Origin: a virus
IMG/VR virus record: IMGVR_UViG_3300048837_000549
Span: 13,112-77,111 of that record
Direction: 5' to 3' (one strand)
Length of the DNA stretch: 64,000 nucleotides
How positions within the stretch are numbered: position 1 is the first letter of the stretch; every line of letters starts with the position of its first letter. Below are positions 39,282 through 47,757 of this stretch, one piece after another. Both the position numbers and the translations under genes were made by a program. Below the pieces are notes generated by a model. The model was not told where the DNA came from. It saw only the letters and a program-made list of their open reading frames with translations, and searched no databases.

Positions 39282-39470
39282 TTAATTTTCACTCTTTTCC
39301 AAATAATACCCTTCTTTCATCGTACGATATTCTGCCTCAGTTACACTTACAGCTTTATTATCTGGTGTGCCCTGTAACTTTCTCTTATAGTGCCCCGATG
39401 TATTCATAAAATATGTTAAGCTATTTGTAGTAAATCTAGAATTCATTTTTTCTTGTAATGTGAGTTTCAT
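39282..39470 (-). CDS. hypothetical protein
   Basis: AGGAG SD. Confidence 0.5.
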   Translation of the reverse strand: MKLTLQEKMNSRFTTNSLTYFMNTSGHYKRKLQGTPDNKAVSVTEAEYRTMKEGYYLEKSEN

Positions 39471-39495
39471 TTATTCTTTCTCCTTATAGTTACTT

Positions 39496-40683
39496 TTAGT
39501 TCAATTCTACCAAATATTTTATTGTACACTGTTCAGATTTATAAATCATTTGTTCATTGTTTATGAGATCAGCCCCTCCTTGAGCAAATACAGAATCATA
39601 CTCCCCTAATTCTTTTAACTTTTTAAAACTTAATTGATACATCCATGATTCATGTTTTTTTATTCTATATTCCCTTCCAGTATTAACTTCATATAATGCC
39701 ATAAATCCCTGTTTAGAATTTCCTTTTGCCCAATAGCTTCCTGATAGACTTGTATAACCCAATGCTTTCTTACATTTATCCGCCATATAGATTGCATCAC
39801 CAAACATTGATCCAGTATGCACTGCTCCAGTAGGTCTTATCAATAAACTCGTTTTCAATATGTTTAACCAGTTTTCATTTCTACTACCATGCCACATTAA
39901 CTTAGTCCAGTGTTTAACTGATTCTTTTCTCTGCTTTTCAAATTTATCTCTTGATACTTTATGAGTAACTTCAAATAGATTTTTAAATTTACCTGATTCA
40001 GTTCCCATCATTTCTTTTACTTTATCAATTTCTGTTTTATCTGTTACTTTTGAAATTTTAACTCCAAGTATATCCTCTAAAGTTTTATCTGAATCTGTTG
40101 ATGCCGAATTGATACTTACCTGTCCTTTCATTATGTCTATTGCATCCTGTTCTCTTTCAAGTATTGCTTTTCCTTTTGCCTTATCTCCAGTTCCGTTAAG
40201 AATAAAGTCTTGAACTTTTTTCATTTTTCTTGGTATAACTGTATAGAGTTCTGTAAGCTTATTATCAATTGAGGGATTAGATATTGTTTTCTTCTTTAGC
40301 ATATCTGCTATTTCATTTAGAATCTCTTGAGCTTTATCTATTTGAGCCTCAGTAACCTGTTCTGCTGAAACTGTATAATTCTCTAATATAGAAGCTTTTG
40401 AGTAGCTCTGTAAATCAGAGAGTAATTTCATTATAGTAGAATCTGTTATGTCTTTAAGAGTAGTAGTTGTAATAGTAGATTTAAGACTTGTAATGTCTCT
40501 ATATCCTTTTTTAATTTTCTCAGCATACTTCTTATCCCATTGTGACATTGGATAACTTACAGTAATTTCAGTAAGTCCAACTCTACCATATTTAACTATG
40601 AAGTTATTTCCATCTTCTGTCATTCTGTAGAACTTATTATTATTCTCTGCTGTACACATTATCAATTCAACTTGCTTTGCCAT
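39496..40683 (-). CDS. WGR-domain poly(ADP-ribose) polymerase
   Basis: NNNKFY...YGRVG (WGR); LYTVIPR regulatory domain; WHGSR...GSMFGDAIY.A..KALGY...NNEQMIY. Confidence 0.9.
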   Translation of the reverse strand: MAKQVELIMCTAENNNKFYRMTEDGNNFIVKYGRVGLTEITVSYPMSQWDKKYAEKIKKGYRDITSLKSTITTTTLKDITDSTIMKLLSDLQSYSKASILENYTVSAEQVTEAQIDKAQEILNEIADMLKKKTISNPSIDNKLTELYTVIPRKMKKVQDFILNGTGDKAKGKAILEREQDAIDIMKGQVSINSASTDSDKTLEDILGVKISKVTDKTEIDKVKEMMGTESGKFKNLFEVTHKVSRDKFEKQRKESVKHWTKLMWHGSRNENWLNILKTSLLIRPTGAVHTGSMFGDAIYMADKCKKALGYTSLSGSYWAKGNSKQGFMALYEVNTGREYRIKKHESWMYQLSFKKLKELGEYDSVFAQGGADLINNEQMIYKSEQCTIKYLVELN

Positions 40684-40694
40684 GGTGTTTCTCC

Positions 40695-40880
40695 TTATTT
40701 AAATAACTTATTTATTAAATACCTCAGACTGAATTTTTTAAATTCACGTTCACTCCATTCTGTATAGAAAGTACCTATTCTCAAATCATGCTTTATAGCA
40801 TATCCTACGTCTGGTTCAGTAAACCAGACCACTGAACCTTCACTTCCTATTCCTAAATATGGATATTTTTTATTTTTCAT
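40695..40880 (-). CDS. hypothetical protein
   Basis: AGGAG SD. Confidence 0.5.
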   Translation of the reverse strand: MKNKKYPYLGIGSEGSVVWFTEPDVGYAIKHDLRIGTFYTEWSEREFKKFSLRYLINKLFK

Positions 40881-40905
40881 TTGTGGTTTCTCCTAATTTA
40901 ATTTT

Positions 40906-41250
40906 TTATTCTGCAGCCCAACCAAAAAAGTAAAAAGCTTTGATTCCTTTTTTTCCTGAGAAATCTCGTTTTTTCATTTCATTAAAAATTTTCCCAGTAA
41001 TTTCAATGGCAATACAATGACCATATTTTTGTAGCGTATCGAGTTGTTTATCCTCCCATTCTTGAAAAGCTTTTGTTCCAAATTTAGGGGCAGTTGTTAT
41101 AAGTTTAAATCCTCGTGTTGTACTAATTGTCCCATTATAACCATCTCGATGACCACTGTATTCAACCGCCTCTTTGCAAGCAGTATCATATGCTTCTCGT
41201 GCATCTTTAAATTTACCTATTGAGGTTGTACCAAAATTACAAGCTCCCAT
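40906..41250 (-). CDS. conserved hypothetical phage protein
   Basis: MGA...GH.DGYNGTIST...FFGWA pattern. Confidence 0.6.
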   Translation of the reverse strand: MGACNFGTTSIGKFKDAREAYDTACKEAVEYSGHRDGYNGTISTTRGFKLITTAPKFGTKAFQEWEDKQLDTLQKYGHCIAIEITGKIFNEMKKRDFSGKKGIKAFYFFGWAAE

Positions 41251-41271
41251 AATTATTTCTCCTTCCTTAAT

Positions 41272-41339
41272 TTAAATATATAATAATATATACATTAAAA
41301 AAATCAATAACTTTTTTGAATTGTATTGAAAAAAGTTAC
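41272..41339 (-). promoter_or_regulatory. early-type promoter module with palindrome
   Basis: TAACTTTTTTGAA-TTGTA-TTGAAAAAAGTTA; TTGATT -35-like. Confidence 0.5.
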
Positions 41340-41566
41340 TATCTATAGAAAACGATAAATTCTCCAAATTCTTTATCAATAACTGATAGTAAATTGTTAT
41401 AATCTGAAGACTTCATATCAGCTAATAACTTTTGAATTTGATCTGTACTATAACCTAGGTCTTTAGCCAATTTCTGAGCTACTGCCATAATGTAAAAAGC
41501 ATTTCCCTGAGGGCCTGTCAAGTCTATAACTATTTTTCCTAAATCATCTTTGTCCCTGATTGCCAT
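41339..41566 (-). CDS. conserved small phage protein
   Basis: IDLTGPQGNAF..M...SSDY..L. Confidence 0.65.
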   Translation of the reverse strand: MAIRDKDDLGKIVIDLTGPQGNAFYIMAVAQKLAKDLGYSTDQIQKLLADMKSSDYNNLLSVIDKEFGEFIVFYR

Positions 41567-41587
41567 CGTATTTCTCCTTTGTTAATT

Positions 41588-42112
41588 TTATAGTTCTATC
41601 ATCTCAAAATTATAGCTTATCTCTCCTGACTGTATATATAGATCAAATCCACATATATCCATTTCTTTCTGAGTCTCCTCTGTAAATCCATATCTATAGT
41701 AACCATTATTTACTCTGTCTAATGCTTTCTCTTTTGATTCTTCGAAGTAGAGTTGTTCGAGAAATAATTCTTTATCTCCTTTAGTGAAAAATTCCATTTC
41801 ATTATTAGAAAATGAAGTAGCACTATAACCATTAAATTGTTTTGTAACTCTATCCTTTCTCCATTCTACTTGTATACCAAATCCATATTTCTTAGAGACA
41901 AAAATATATCTATCTTCAACATTTTCTTTGTTATTGTTTACAATCCAGTTTATTCCTTTTTTAAGAAGTTTCATATAAAGGAATATATCCTTACCAACTC
42001 TCTCTTTATATCTAGATACTGAGTGTTCAGTATCATAGACATTATAACCTTGATAATCGTGTAAAATTTCTTTAAAGTATTCTTCGAATTTATGTGGTTC
42101 ATATCGTTTCAT
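41588..42112 (-). CDS. MKRY-family protein, possible BECR/RelE-like RNase; paralog of 37982..38506
   Basis: MKRYEPHKFEE; DTEHSVSRYKER; own AACTAATAA motif at 42130-42138. Confidence 0.45.
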   Translation of the reverse strand: MKRYEPHKFEEYFKEILHDYQGYNVYDTEHSVSRYKERVGKDIFLYMKLLKKGINWIVNNNKENVEDRYIFVSKKYGFGIQVEWRKDRVTKQFNGYSATSFSNNEMEFFTKGDKELFLEQLYFEESKEKALDRVNNGYYRYGFTEETQKEMDICGFDLYIQSGEISYNFEMIEL

Positions 42113-42129
42113 TTGTTGACCTCTTTCTA

Positions 42130-42138
42130 TTATTAGTT
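42130..42138 (-). promoter_or_regulatory. late-promoter variant AACTAATAA
   Basis: Directly upstream of the GAGGT SD of the minus-strand MKRY gene. Confidence 0.55.
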
Positions 42139-42148
42139 ACAAAACTTC

Positions 42149-42370
42149 TTATTTTCTATAATATATATTAGACATATGACCTATAGGAGTATAATTCTCT
42201 TCTATATAATCAATAAGGTCATTATAAGCTTCATATTCTCCAGCATTATTATATTCTATAAGTTTATCATTCATACTATTAAGTATTTTATATTCTTTAC
42301 ATTCAATAATAACTTTTACTAGTTTATCTTTTTTAATACTAACTCTAGCTAATTTAGGGTCCATTTTCAT
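42149..42370 (-). CDS. hypothetical protein
   Basis: GGGG SD before ATG 42370. Confidence 0.45.
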   Translation of the reverse strand: MKMDPKLARVSIKKDKLVKVIIECKEYKILNSMNDKLIEYNNAGEYEAYNDLIDYIEENYTPIGHMSNIYYRK

Positions 42371-42377
42371 TTCCCCC

Positions 42378-42674
42378 TTAATCATTAAATAGTGTGCATC
42401 GAATATTGTCATCTGACAGATATTCCCAAGATTCAATATCAACCCCATCGAAAGGATCAAGAATTCTTTTATAGAAAGAAAAATATTTTGATATGCCTGT
42501 TCTTTCAGACTTAATATAGAATCCTTGTTTAAGATTCATATAGTCTAATAACTCTTCAGGCAAGTCTGATAACTCAGTAACAAAGGTTCTTGTCTTACTT
42601 ACCCAAGTAAAGAAATCACTTGATATAGTTACTACTACTAAAGGACCTTCTGTTTGTATTGTGTATTCTGCCAT
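42378..42674 (-). CDS. hypothetical protein
   Basis: AGGAG SD; promoter module upstream. Confidence 0.55.
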   Translation of the reverse strand: MAEYTIQTEGPLVVVTISSDFFTWVSKTRTFVTELSDLPEELLDYMNLKQGFYIKSERTGISKYFSFYKRILDPFDGVDIESWEYLSDDNIRCTLFND

Positions 42675-42846
42675 CTGTTTTTCTCCTTACTTACTTACTT
42701 ATTTTTAATTAAATATAATACTAATATAAAACATATACAGAAAATGTGCAACATTTTTTTTGTTTATTTTGAAAAAAGTTGAAATTTTTTCTATATACAT
42801 TTAATAAGAAACTATATATTTTAATTTTAATATAAAATGAGGACAA

Positions 42847-44868
42847 ATGTCTAATTATCAAAAAGTGAAAGAGTCAATTTCAGATAGAACAAATGAGTTA
42901 TATAATGAACTATCTAAAGAAGAAAAAGAACAAGTATATCAATTATTTTTTGATGAAGATACTAGACAAGAGCTAAAGAACAAACTCGAAAATATTGTCT
43001 TCTATAAAAAGCCGCCAACTATTGAAGAATTCCTGGACCCAGAAAACAGATGGCTACCATATACAGTTATACAAGGAATATTTCCGCACATTAAAAAAGA
43101 ACTTATAGAAATATTAGACCCCTCTAAAGTAACTACAAAAGTAGTGGAGTACGGGGCTACTCGACTTGGTAAAACTTTCATGGCAAGATTAATGATTATG
43201 TACACGATAGTATATATCCATCATCTTCGAGAACCTGCCATGTACTATGGGCTAAGCTCACTTACTCGTCTTTGTATTTATTTCATTTCATTTAAGTTTG
43301 ATAAAACTCGACAGCTTTACCTTGAACCTATGTTTGAGATAATGAGACAATCAGAAAGATTCCAACAAGTAAAGTTCGAAGAACAAGTAAGACAAAAACA
43401 AGCTAAATTAGGAAGAGACGTTATTGTATGGAGTAAGGCAGCAACCACTGGTGAAATTACTTTAGCTTCTGGACTTCAGCTTCAGCTAGGTAATAGTGAT
43501 GCCATTTCAGCAATTGGATCTGACTTACTTCAATGTTATATTTCAGAGATTGGTTTTTTTATTGAGCAAGCAGGAACTACTGAAGAAAAGATATTCGAAC
43601 TTTATACAAATATTAGCACAAGGATATATTCTACAGTAAGAGAAAACTTTTTAGCTTTTGTATATCTTGACACTTCAGCTAATAATGCTGAATCAATGAT
43701 TGAAAAACATATTATAAATGATTTACAATTTGATGAAAAAACTCACTTTAAATGGCAGTCACAGTGGGATGCAAGACCAGATTTATTTCCTATATGGCGA
43801 GAGACAGGAGAAACATTTAAAGTAGTAGTGGGTAATGGAACAATCAATCCATGTATAGTTACTGAAGACTCTCAATTACTAAATGTTCCTAAGGACTTAA
43901 TTATTGATGTTCCTATAGATGCTTATAAGTTTTTTAAACTTAATCTAATAAAAGAAATAAAAGATATAGCGGGTAGACCTACTCAATCCGAGAATAAATT
44001 TATTCAAGATATTCAACTCATCAATGATATATTTAATAATCCTTTTCTTAGTAATGTAGAGGGGGCTATTGTAGCAGACTCTTCTTATATGCCAGAAAAT
44101 TTATTATGGAATCAAATAAAACATTTATTCTTTCATAAAAATCATATAGATCACTATATGATAAATAGAGCACCAAGAGAACCTAGATTTATAGGTCTTG
44201 ACACATCATATTCAATACATGGAGATGCTACTGGAATTACTATACTTCATAAAGAATTCGATATAGAGAAAAAAGAAACTGTCTATGTAGTAGATATGAG
44301 TTGTGCTATTATAGGAAAAGAAAAAGGAATTAACTTAGAAGCTGTTCCTTACTTACTTATAGATTTAATTACTCAAGCGTCTCTTCCTATTTATGCTCTA
44401 TATATAGATACATTTCAAAGTGAATCTAGTAAGCAATTCCTCGAAAGAAATAGAGTTCAGGTAATTAAACAATCTGTTGATAGAGATGTAACTGCATATC
44501 AAGTGTTATTAACGGCTCTTTCTAATGGACTAGTAAAAGCAGGAAGAAATATATTCTTAAGAAACAATTTACAGTGTCTTATGGTAGTTAAATCAGATTC
44601 AGGAAAAGATAAAATAGATCACCCCATTGGTAAAGTTACAAATAATTATAATGGGGATTGGGAGAATTCACAATCAGGTTTATTTGCAAAAGACGTAAGT
44701 GACTCTTTGGCTAATGCATTATATGGAGCATTTGTTTCTAATATACATCCTATAACAATTATGCAAGAAGAAGATAGAAGATTTTCTAAAGAAGAAGTTG
44801 ATATAGCTATTATGAAAAATAACGCCTACCAGAATCTAATTAAAGCAAGACCTCATTTATCAATATAA
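42847..44868 (+). CDS. terL: terminase large subunit
   Basis: Walker A GATRLGKT, Walker B YISE, nuclease FIGLD and KDVSDS. Confidence 0.85.
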   Translation: MSNYQKVKESISDRTNELYNELSKEEKEQVYQLFFDEDTRQELKNKLENIVFYKKPPTIEEFLDPENRWLPYTVIQGIFPHIKKELIEILDPSKVTTKVVEYGATRLGKTFMARLMIMYTIVYIHHLREPAMYYGLSSLTRLCIYFISFKFDKTRQLYLEPMFEIMRQSERFQQVKFEEQVRQKQAKLGRDVIVWSKAATTGEITLASGLQLQLGNSDAISAIGSDLLQCYISEIGFFIEQAGTTEEKIFELYTNISTRIYSTVRENFLAFVYLDTSANNAESMIEKHIINDLQFDEKTHFKWQSQWDARPDLFPIWRETGETFKVVVGNGTINPCIVTEDSQLLNVPKDLIIDVPIDAYKFFKLNLIKEIKDIAGRPTQSENKFIQDIQLINDIFNNPFLSNVEGAIVADSSYMPENLLWNQIKHLFFHKNHIDHYMINRAPREPRFIGLDTSYSIHGDATGITILHKEFDIEKKETVYVVDMSCAIIGKEKGINLEAVPYLLIDLITQASLPIYALYIDTFQSESSKQFLERNRVQVIKQSVDRDVTAYQVLLTALSNGLVKAGRNIFLRNNLQCLMVVKSDSGKDKIDHPIGKVTNNYNGDWENSQSGLFAKDVSDSLANALYGAFVSNIHPITIMQEEDRRFSKEEVDIAIMKNNAYQNLIKARPHLSI

Positions 44869-44912
44869 TTATTAGTAATTTAATTTTCTATTATTTTATT
44901 ACTAATAATTAT
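44865..44912. repeat. 15-bp perfect inverted repeat made of two divergent TACTAATAA motifs
   Basis: ATAATTATTAGTAAT (44865-44879) / ATTACTAATAATTAT (44898-44912). Confidence 0.75.
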
Positions 44913-45054
44913 GAAAGCATTTACTTTAAAATTAAATAGGAAAGAAGAGATACTTGCTAAGTTTTCTCGTACACTCGTGCAACAAAAACCTAAAGTTCAA
45001 AGTAATAAGAAACAATATAAAAGAGAAAAGTTTAACTATAGAGAAGAGGTATAA
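44911..45054 (+). CDS. small basic protein (47 aa)
   Basis: Hand-translated MKAFTLKL...KQYKREKFNYREEV; apparently leaderless. Confidence 0.4.
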   Translation: MKAFTLKLNRKEEILAKFSRTLVQQKPKVQSNKKQYKREKFNYREEV

Positions 45055-45057
45055 TCA

Positions 45058-45420
45058 ATGTCGGTAAATATGAGATTTGAAATAGTTGGAAATAAAGTAG
45101 TGAGTGACCAATACACTGATGAAACATTATCAGTAATAGGAAAAATAGAAAAAGAATTTACTGGTATTGTAGTTGGGGACGGTTGGTTAAATATCCCTAT
45201 AGCTAAAATAGGTACTATATCAAAAATAATAGTTAATGCAACTACTGCTAATTTAAGAATTACTTATACAGATGGTGGAAGTCAAACTATGATACTACCC
45301 ATCAGTGGATTATTTGTATATAGTGTATTAGCTTCATTTTCTGCTTTGATTACAGCTATAGATATATCAACAGATAGTACTCAAGTTGTAGATGCCGTTG
45401 TCTCTATATATGGGGTATAA
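45058..45420 (+). CDS. small virion protein
   Basis: Beta-rich; GAGGT SD. Confidence 0.45.
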   Translation: MSVNMRFEIVGNKVVSDQYTDETLSVIGKIEKEFTGIVVGDGWLNIPIAKIGTISKIIVNATTANLRITYTDGGSQTMILPISGLFVYSVLASFSALITAIDISTDSTQVVDAVVSIYGV

Positions 45421-45540
45421 ATGTTAATTGATAAGATAACATACCCATTTTATTATATTTATTTTTCAATAGCTACTAGGCAAAGAAATTTGAAAATTAT
45501 AGAAAACCAAGTTTATCTGAAATTTATACGGAGCTAATAA

Positions 45541-45774
45541 ATGAAAATATTAAAGTTGATTAAAGAATATCTTACTACTATACTTACTATTATATTTGTG
45601 GTAGCAATATTCATAGGTATAGTAGTAGCTGTAATATATCTCAGAGGTACAAATAAAAAAATTCAAATAGTCCCTGAGTTTAAAGTTATAGATGCAAAAG
45701 TTGATCCTAATCTAGATGCATTAAGTGAGTCAGTTGAGATAGCAAAAAATATATTAAAGAAGGTGAACAAATGA
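45541..45774 (+). CDS. membrane protein
   Basis: One long hydrophobic helix. Confidence 0.5.
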   Translation: MKILKLIKEYLTTILTIIFVVAIFIGIVVAVIYLRGTNKKIQIVPEFKVIDAKVDPNLDALSESVEIAKNILKKVNK

Positions 45775-46197
45775 AAAGATATAAAAGTTACTTTAAGGAA
45801 AGTAATTATAAATTTAATACTAAAACAACTGGTATGTCTCTATATGATGATATAATGAAAAAACCTGAATATCATCAATACTACAAAGGGTTGATTTACA
45901 CTATTGAACAGATGTCTCCTCAAGAGTATATGAATAAAACTAAAAACTCTACAAGTAGTAATCCATTAGCCGGTGTTGATATAAATAAAGTAGATAAGTA
46001 TGTAGATCAAATATCTAAAGGTAAAAAGTTTGATATGCCTGTTTTAGAATATGATACGGATGGCTGGGTTGAACATGAAGGTAGACATAGAGCATTAGCT
46101 ATGGATAATTAGGGGTAAATAAAATAGATGTTATGGTAGTTAAAAGAGTTAAAAAAGATATTGAAAAATGGTATGATATAGCGGGGAAAAGTATATA
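45771..46197 (+). pseudogene. ParB/Srx-like MKRY-family protein with a frameshift near 46108
   Basis: MKRYKSYFKES; MSPQEY..PVL..EGRHRALA; the alternative frame continues LGVNKIDVMVV to a stop abutting the next ATG. Confidence 0.55.
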
Positions 46198-46500
46198 ATG
46201 AAAAGATATAAATTTAAAGAGAATGATGACGACTATTACTCTATAGATAATACAAAAGAAAATAGAGATATGTTTATAAGAATGATAGCAGAAGACTACG
46301 CTGATTGGATGGCTACTGCTCATGATGCTTATGTTAATCAGGAACACTCTCATGAATTTACAAAAGGATTATTTATGAAGAGTGCAATGGGGATAGCTAA
46401 AGCCGCATCTAAAAGAAATAAAACTGTCGACGATCTTCATGAGTATAGGGAGGATATGCTATCACGCATATTTAGATTGAAGAAGAAATTAGGTATATAA
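46198..46500 (+). CDS. putative internal head protein (MKRY family)
   Basis: MKRYKFKEN. Confidence 0.5.
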   Translation: MKRYKFKENDDDYYSIDNTKENRDMFIRMIAEDYADWMATAHDAYVNQEHSHEFTKGLFMKSAMGIAKAASKRNKTVDDLHEYREDMLSRIFRLKKKLGI

Positions 46501-47250
46501 ATGAAAAGATACCAACCCTATTTTAATCATGGTAAATTATATGAGTGGACTTCAAGAGATAATAGTGAATATATCTTATTTGAGAAGTATACTAATTTAT
46601 TCTTACAGGGCAGACTTGATGAATTTAGCATACCTAAAGCTATTAAAGATAAATTTGAATTTATAAAAGAGTTATCTGTGGAAACGGGCTTTAAGATTAA
46701 AGATTTATTTAAATTATTTCTTAATAAATATGTATTTAAATTCTTCACTCTTATAGGTTGGTCAATAACTAAACTCTTTAATATAGTTAAATCGGGATAT
46801 AAAGCTTACCAGGATTTACAAAAAGTAATAACAGAATATGTTCACTCGAATAAAGTGATACAATGGACTAAAAATGAATTAGAAAAGCTTGATACATTTT
46901 TAAGTAAGCATCCTAAGACAAGAAGAATTGTTGGGGTTGCGGTTGCGGTTGCGGGGCTTCTTATTTATATATGGTTAACAATGAGTTTTACAGGAGATGC
47001 TTTGGATGATTTTGACATAACTATGGTGTTTGCTTCTCTTACAGGGCATGCAACATTATCTGATGTATTTGGTACTCCAGCAGGAACTAAAATGTTGATG
47101 TTATTTGTAACGGGTGCTATTACTGGACTGGGTTTTCCTTGGGGAGGGAGTAGTTTATTTAAATTTAGTATAGCAGTTATTGTAAGTCTTGCAAAACTAT
47201 TTAAGCAAAAAATAAGTAAAGGTAATGATATATCACAGGTAAACGGATGA
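46501..47250 (+). CDS. MKRY-family protein with hydrophobic C-terminal helices
   Basis: MKRYQPYF; about three hydrophobic Gly/Ala-rich segments. Confidence 0.5.
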   Translation: MKRYQPYFNHGKLYEWTSRDNSEYILFEKYTNLFLQGRLDEFSIPKAIKDKFEFIKELSVETGFKIKDLFKLFLNKYVFKFFTLIGWSITKLFNIVKSGYKAYQDLQKVITEYVHSNKVIQWTKNELEKLDTFLSKHPKTRRIVGVAVAVAGLLIYIWLTMSFTGDALDDFDITMVFASLTGHATLSDVFGTPAGTKMLMLFVTGAITGLGFPWGGSSLFKFSIAVIVSLAKLFKQKISKGNDISQVNG

Positions 47251-47291
47251 AAAGGTATGAATCATATTCAATCGCAAATTATACTTATTAA
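47247..47291 (+). pseudogene. 14-codon MKRY stub
   Basis: AGGT SD, ATGA overlap, MKRYESYSIANYTY-stop. Confidence 0.45.
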
Positions 47292-47303
47292 AGGACAATT
47301 AAA

Positions 47304-47744
47304 ATGAAAAAATTATTTATAACAATATTATTTCTAGTATGCTTTACGGGATTAGTATTTCCTAAGTCAAGTGATGTAGTAATTACTCAAGATAATAGGG
47401 TGATAGGTAAACTGACATCTTCTCAATTTGAACTACTTGTACAAGCTGCGGATAACTATCAAGAGATTATGTTAGCACAAAAAGAAAATAGAGTATCTAT
47501 TCAAATAATATCAGATATAGAAAAAACATCAGTACCCGGGCAGTATAAAGCAGTATTAAAAATTCAATGGTTAAATAGTAAGAATGAAGAAATTAACTTT
47601 GTAAGTTCAGTTATGTTTCTTACGATAGATAATCCAAATGATACGTCTGTCACTGAATGGAAAATACTATATAGAGACATTGCTGAAATAGGTTTTCCAC
47701 TTTCTAGTGTCTTATTGATACTAATAATTATAGTTTTACTTTAA
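47304..47744 (+). CDS. exported protein with signal peptide and C-terminal membrane anchor (spanin-like topology)
   Basis: N-terminal MKK plus hydrophobic stretch; C-terminal TM helix. Confidence 0.45.
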   Translation: MKKLFITILFLVCFTGLVFPKSSDVVITQDNRVIGKLTSSQFELLVQAADNYQEIMLAQKENRVSIQIISDIEKTSVPGQYKAVLKIQWLNSKNEEINFVSSVMFLTIDNPNDTSVTEWKILYRDIAEIGFPLSSVLLILIIIVLL

Positions 47745-47757
47745 GAGGGAAAATAAT

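Noticed and set aside
42686-42701. TTAC tandem repeat upstream of 42674
   Set aside because: Too short; part of an AT-rich leader next to the SD.
46932-46953. GTTGCG x3 micro-repeat
   Set aside because: An in-frame Val-Ala duplication inside a hydrophobic helix; no evidence of phase variation.
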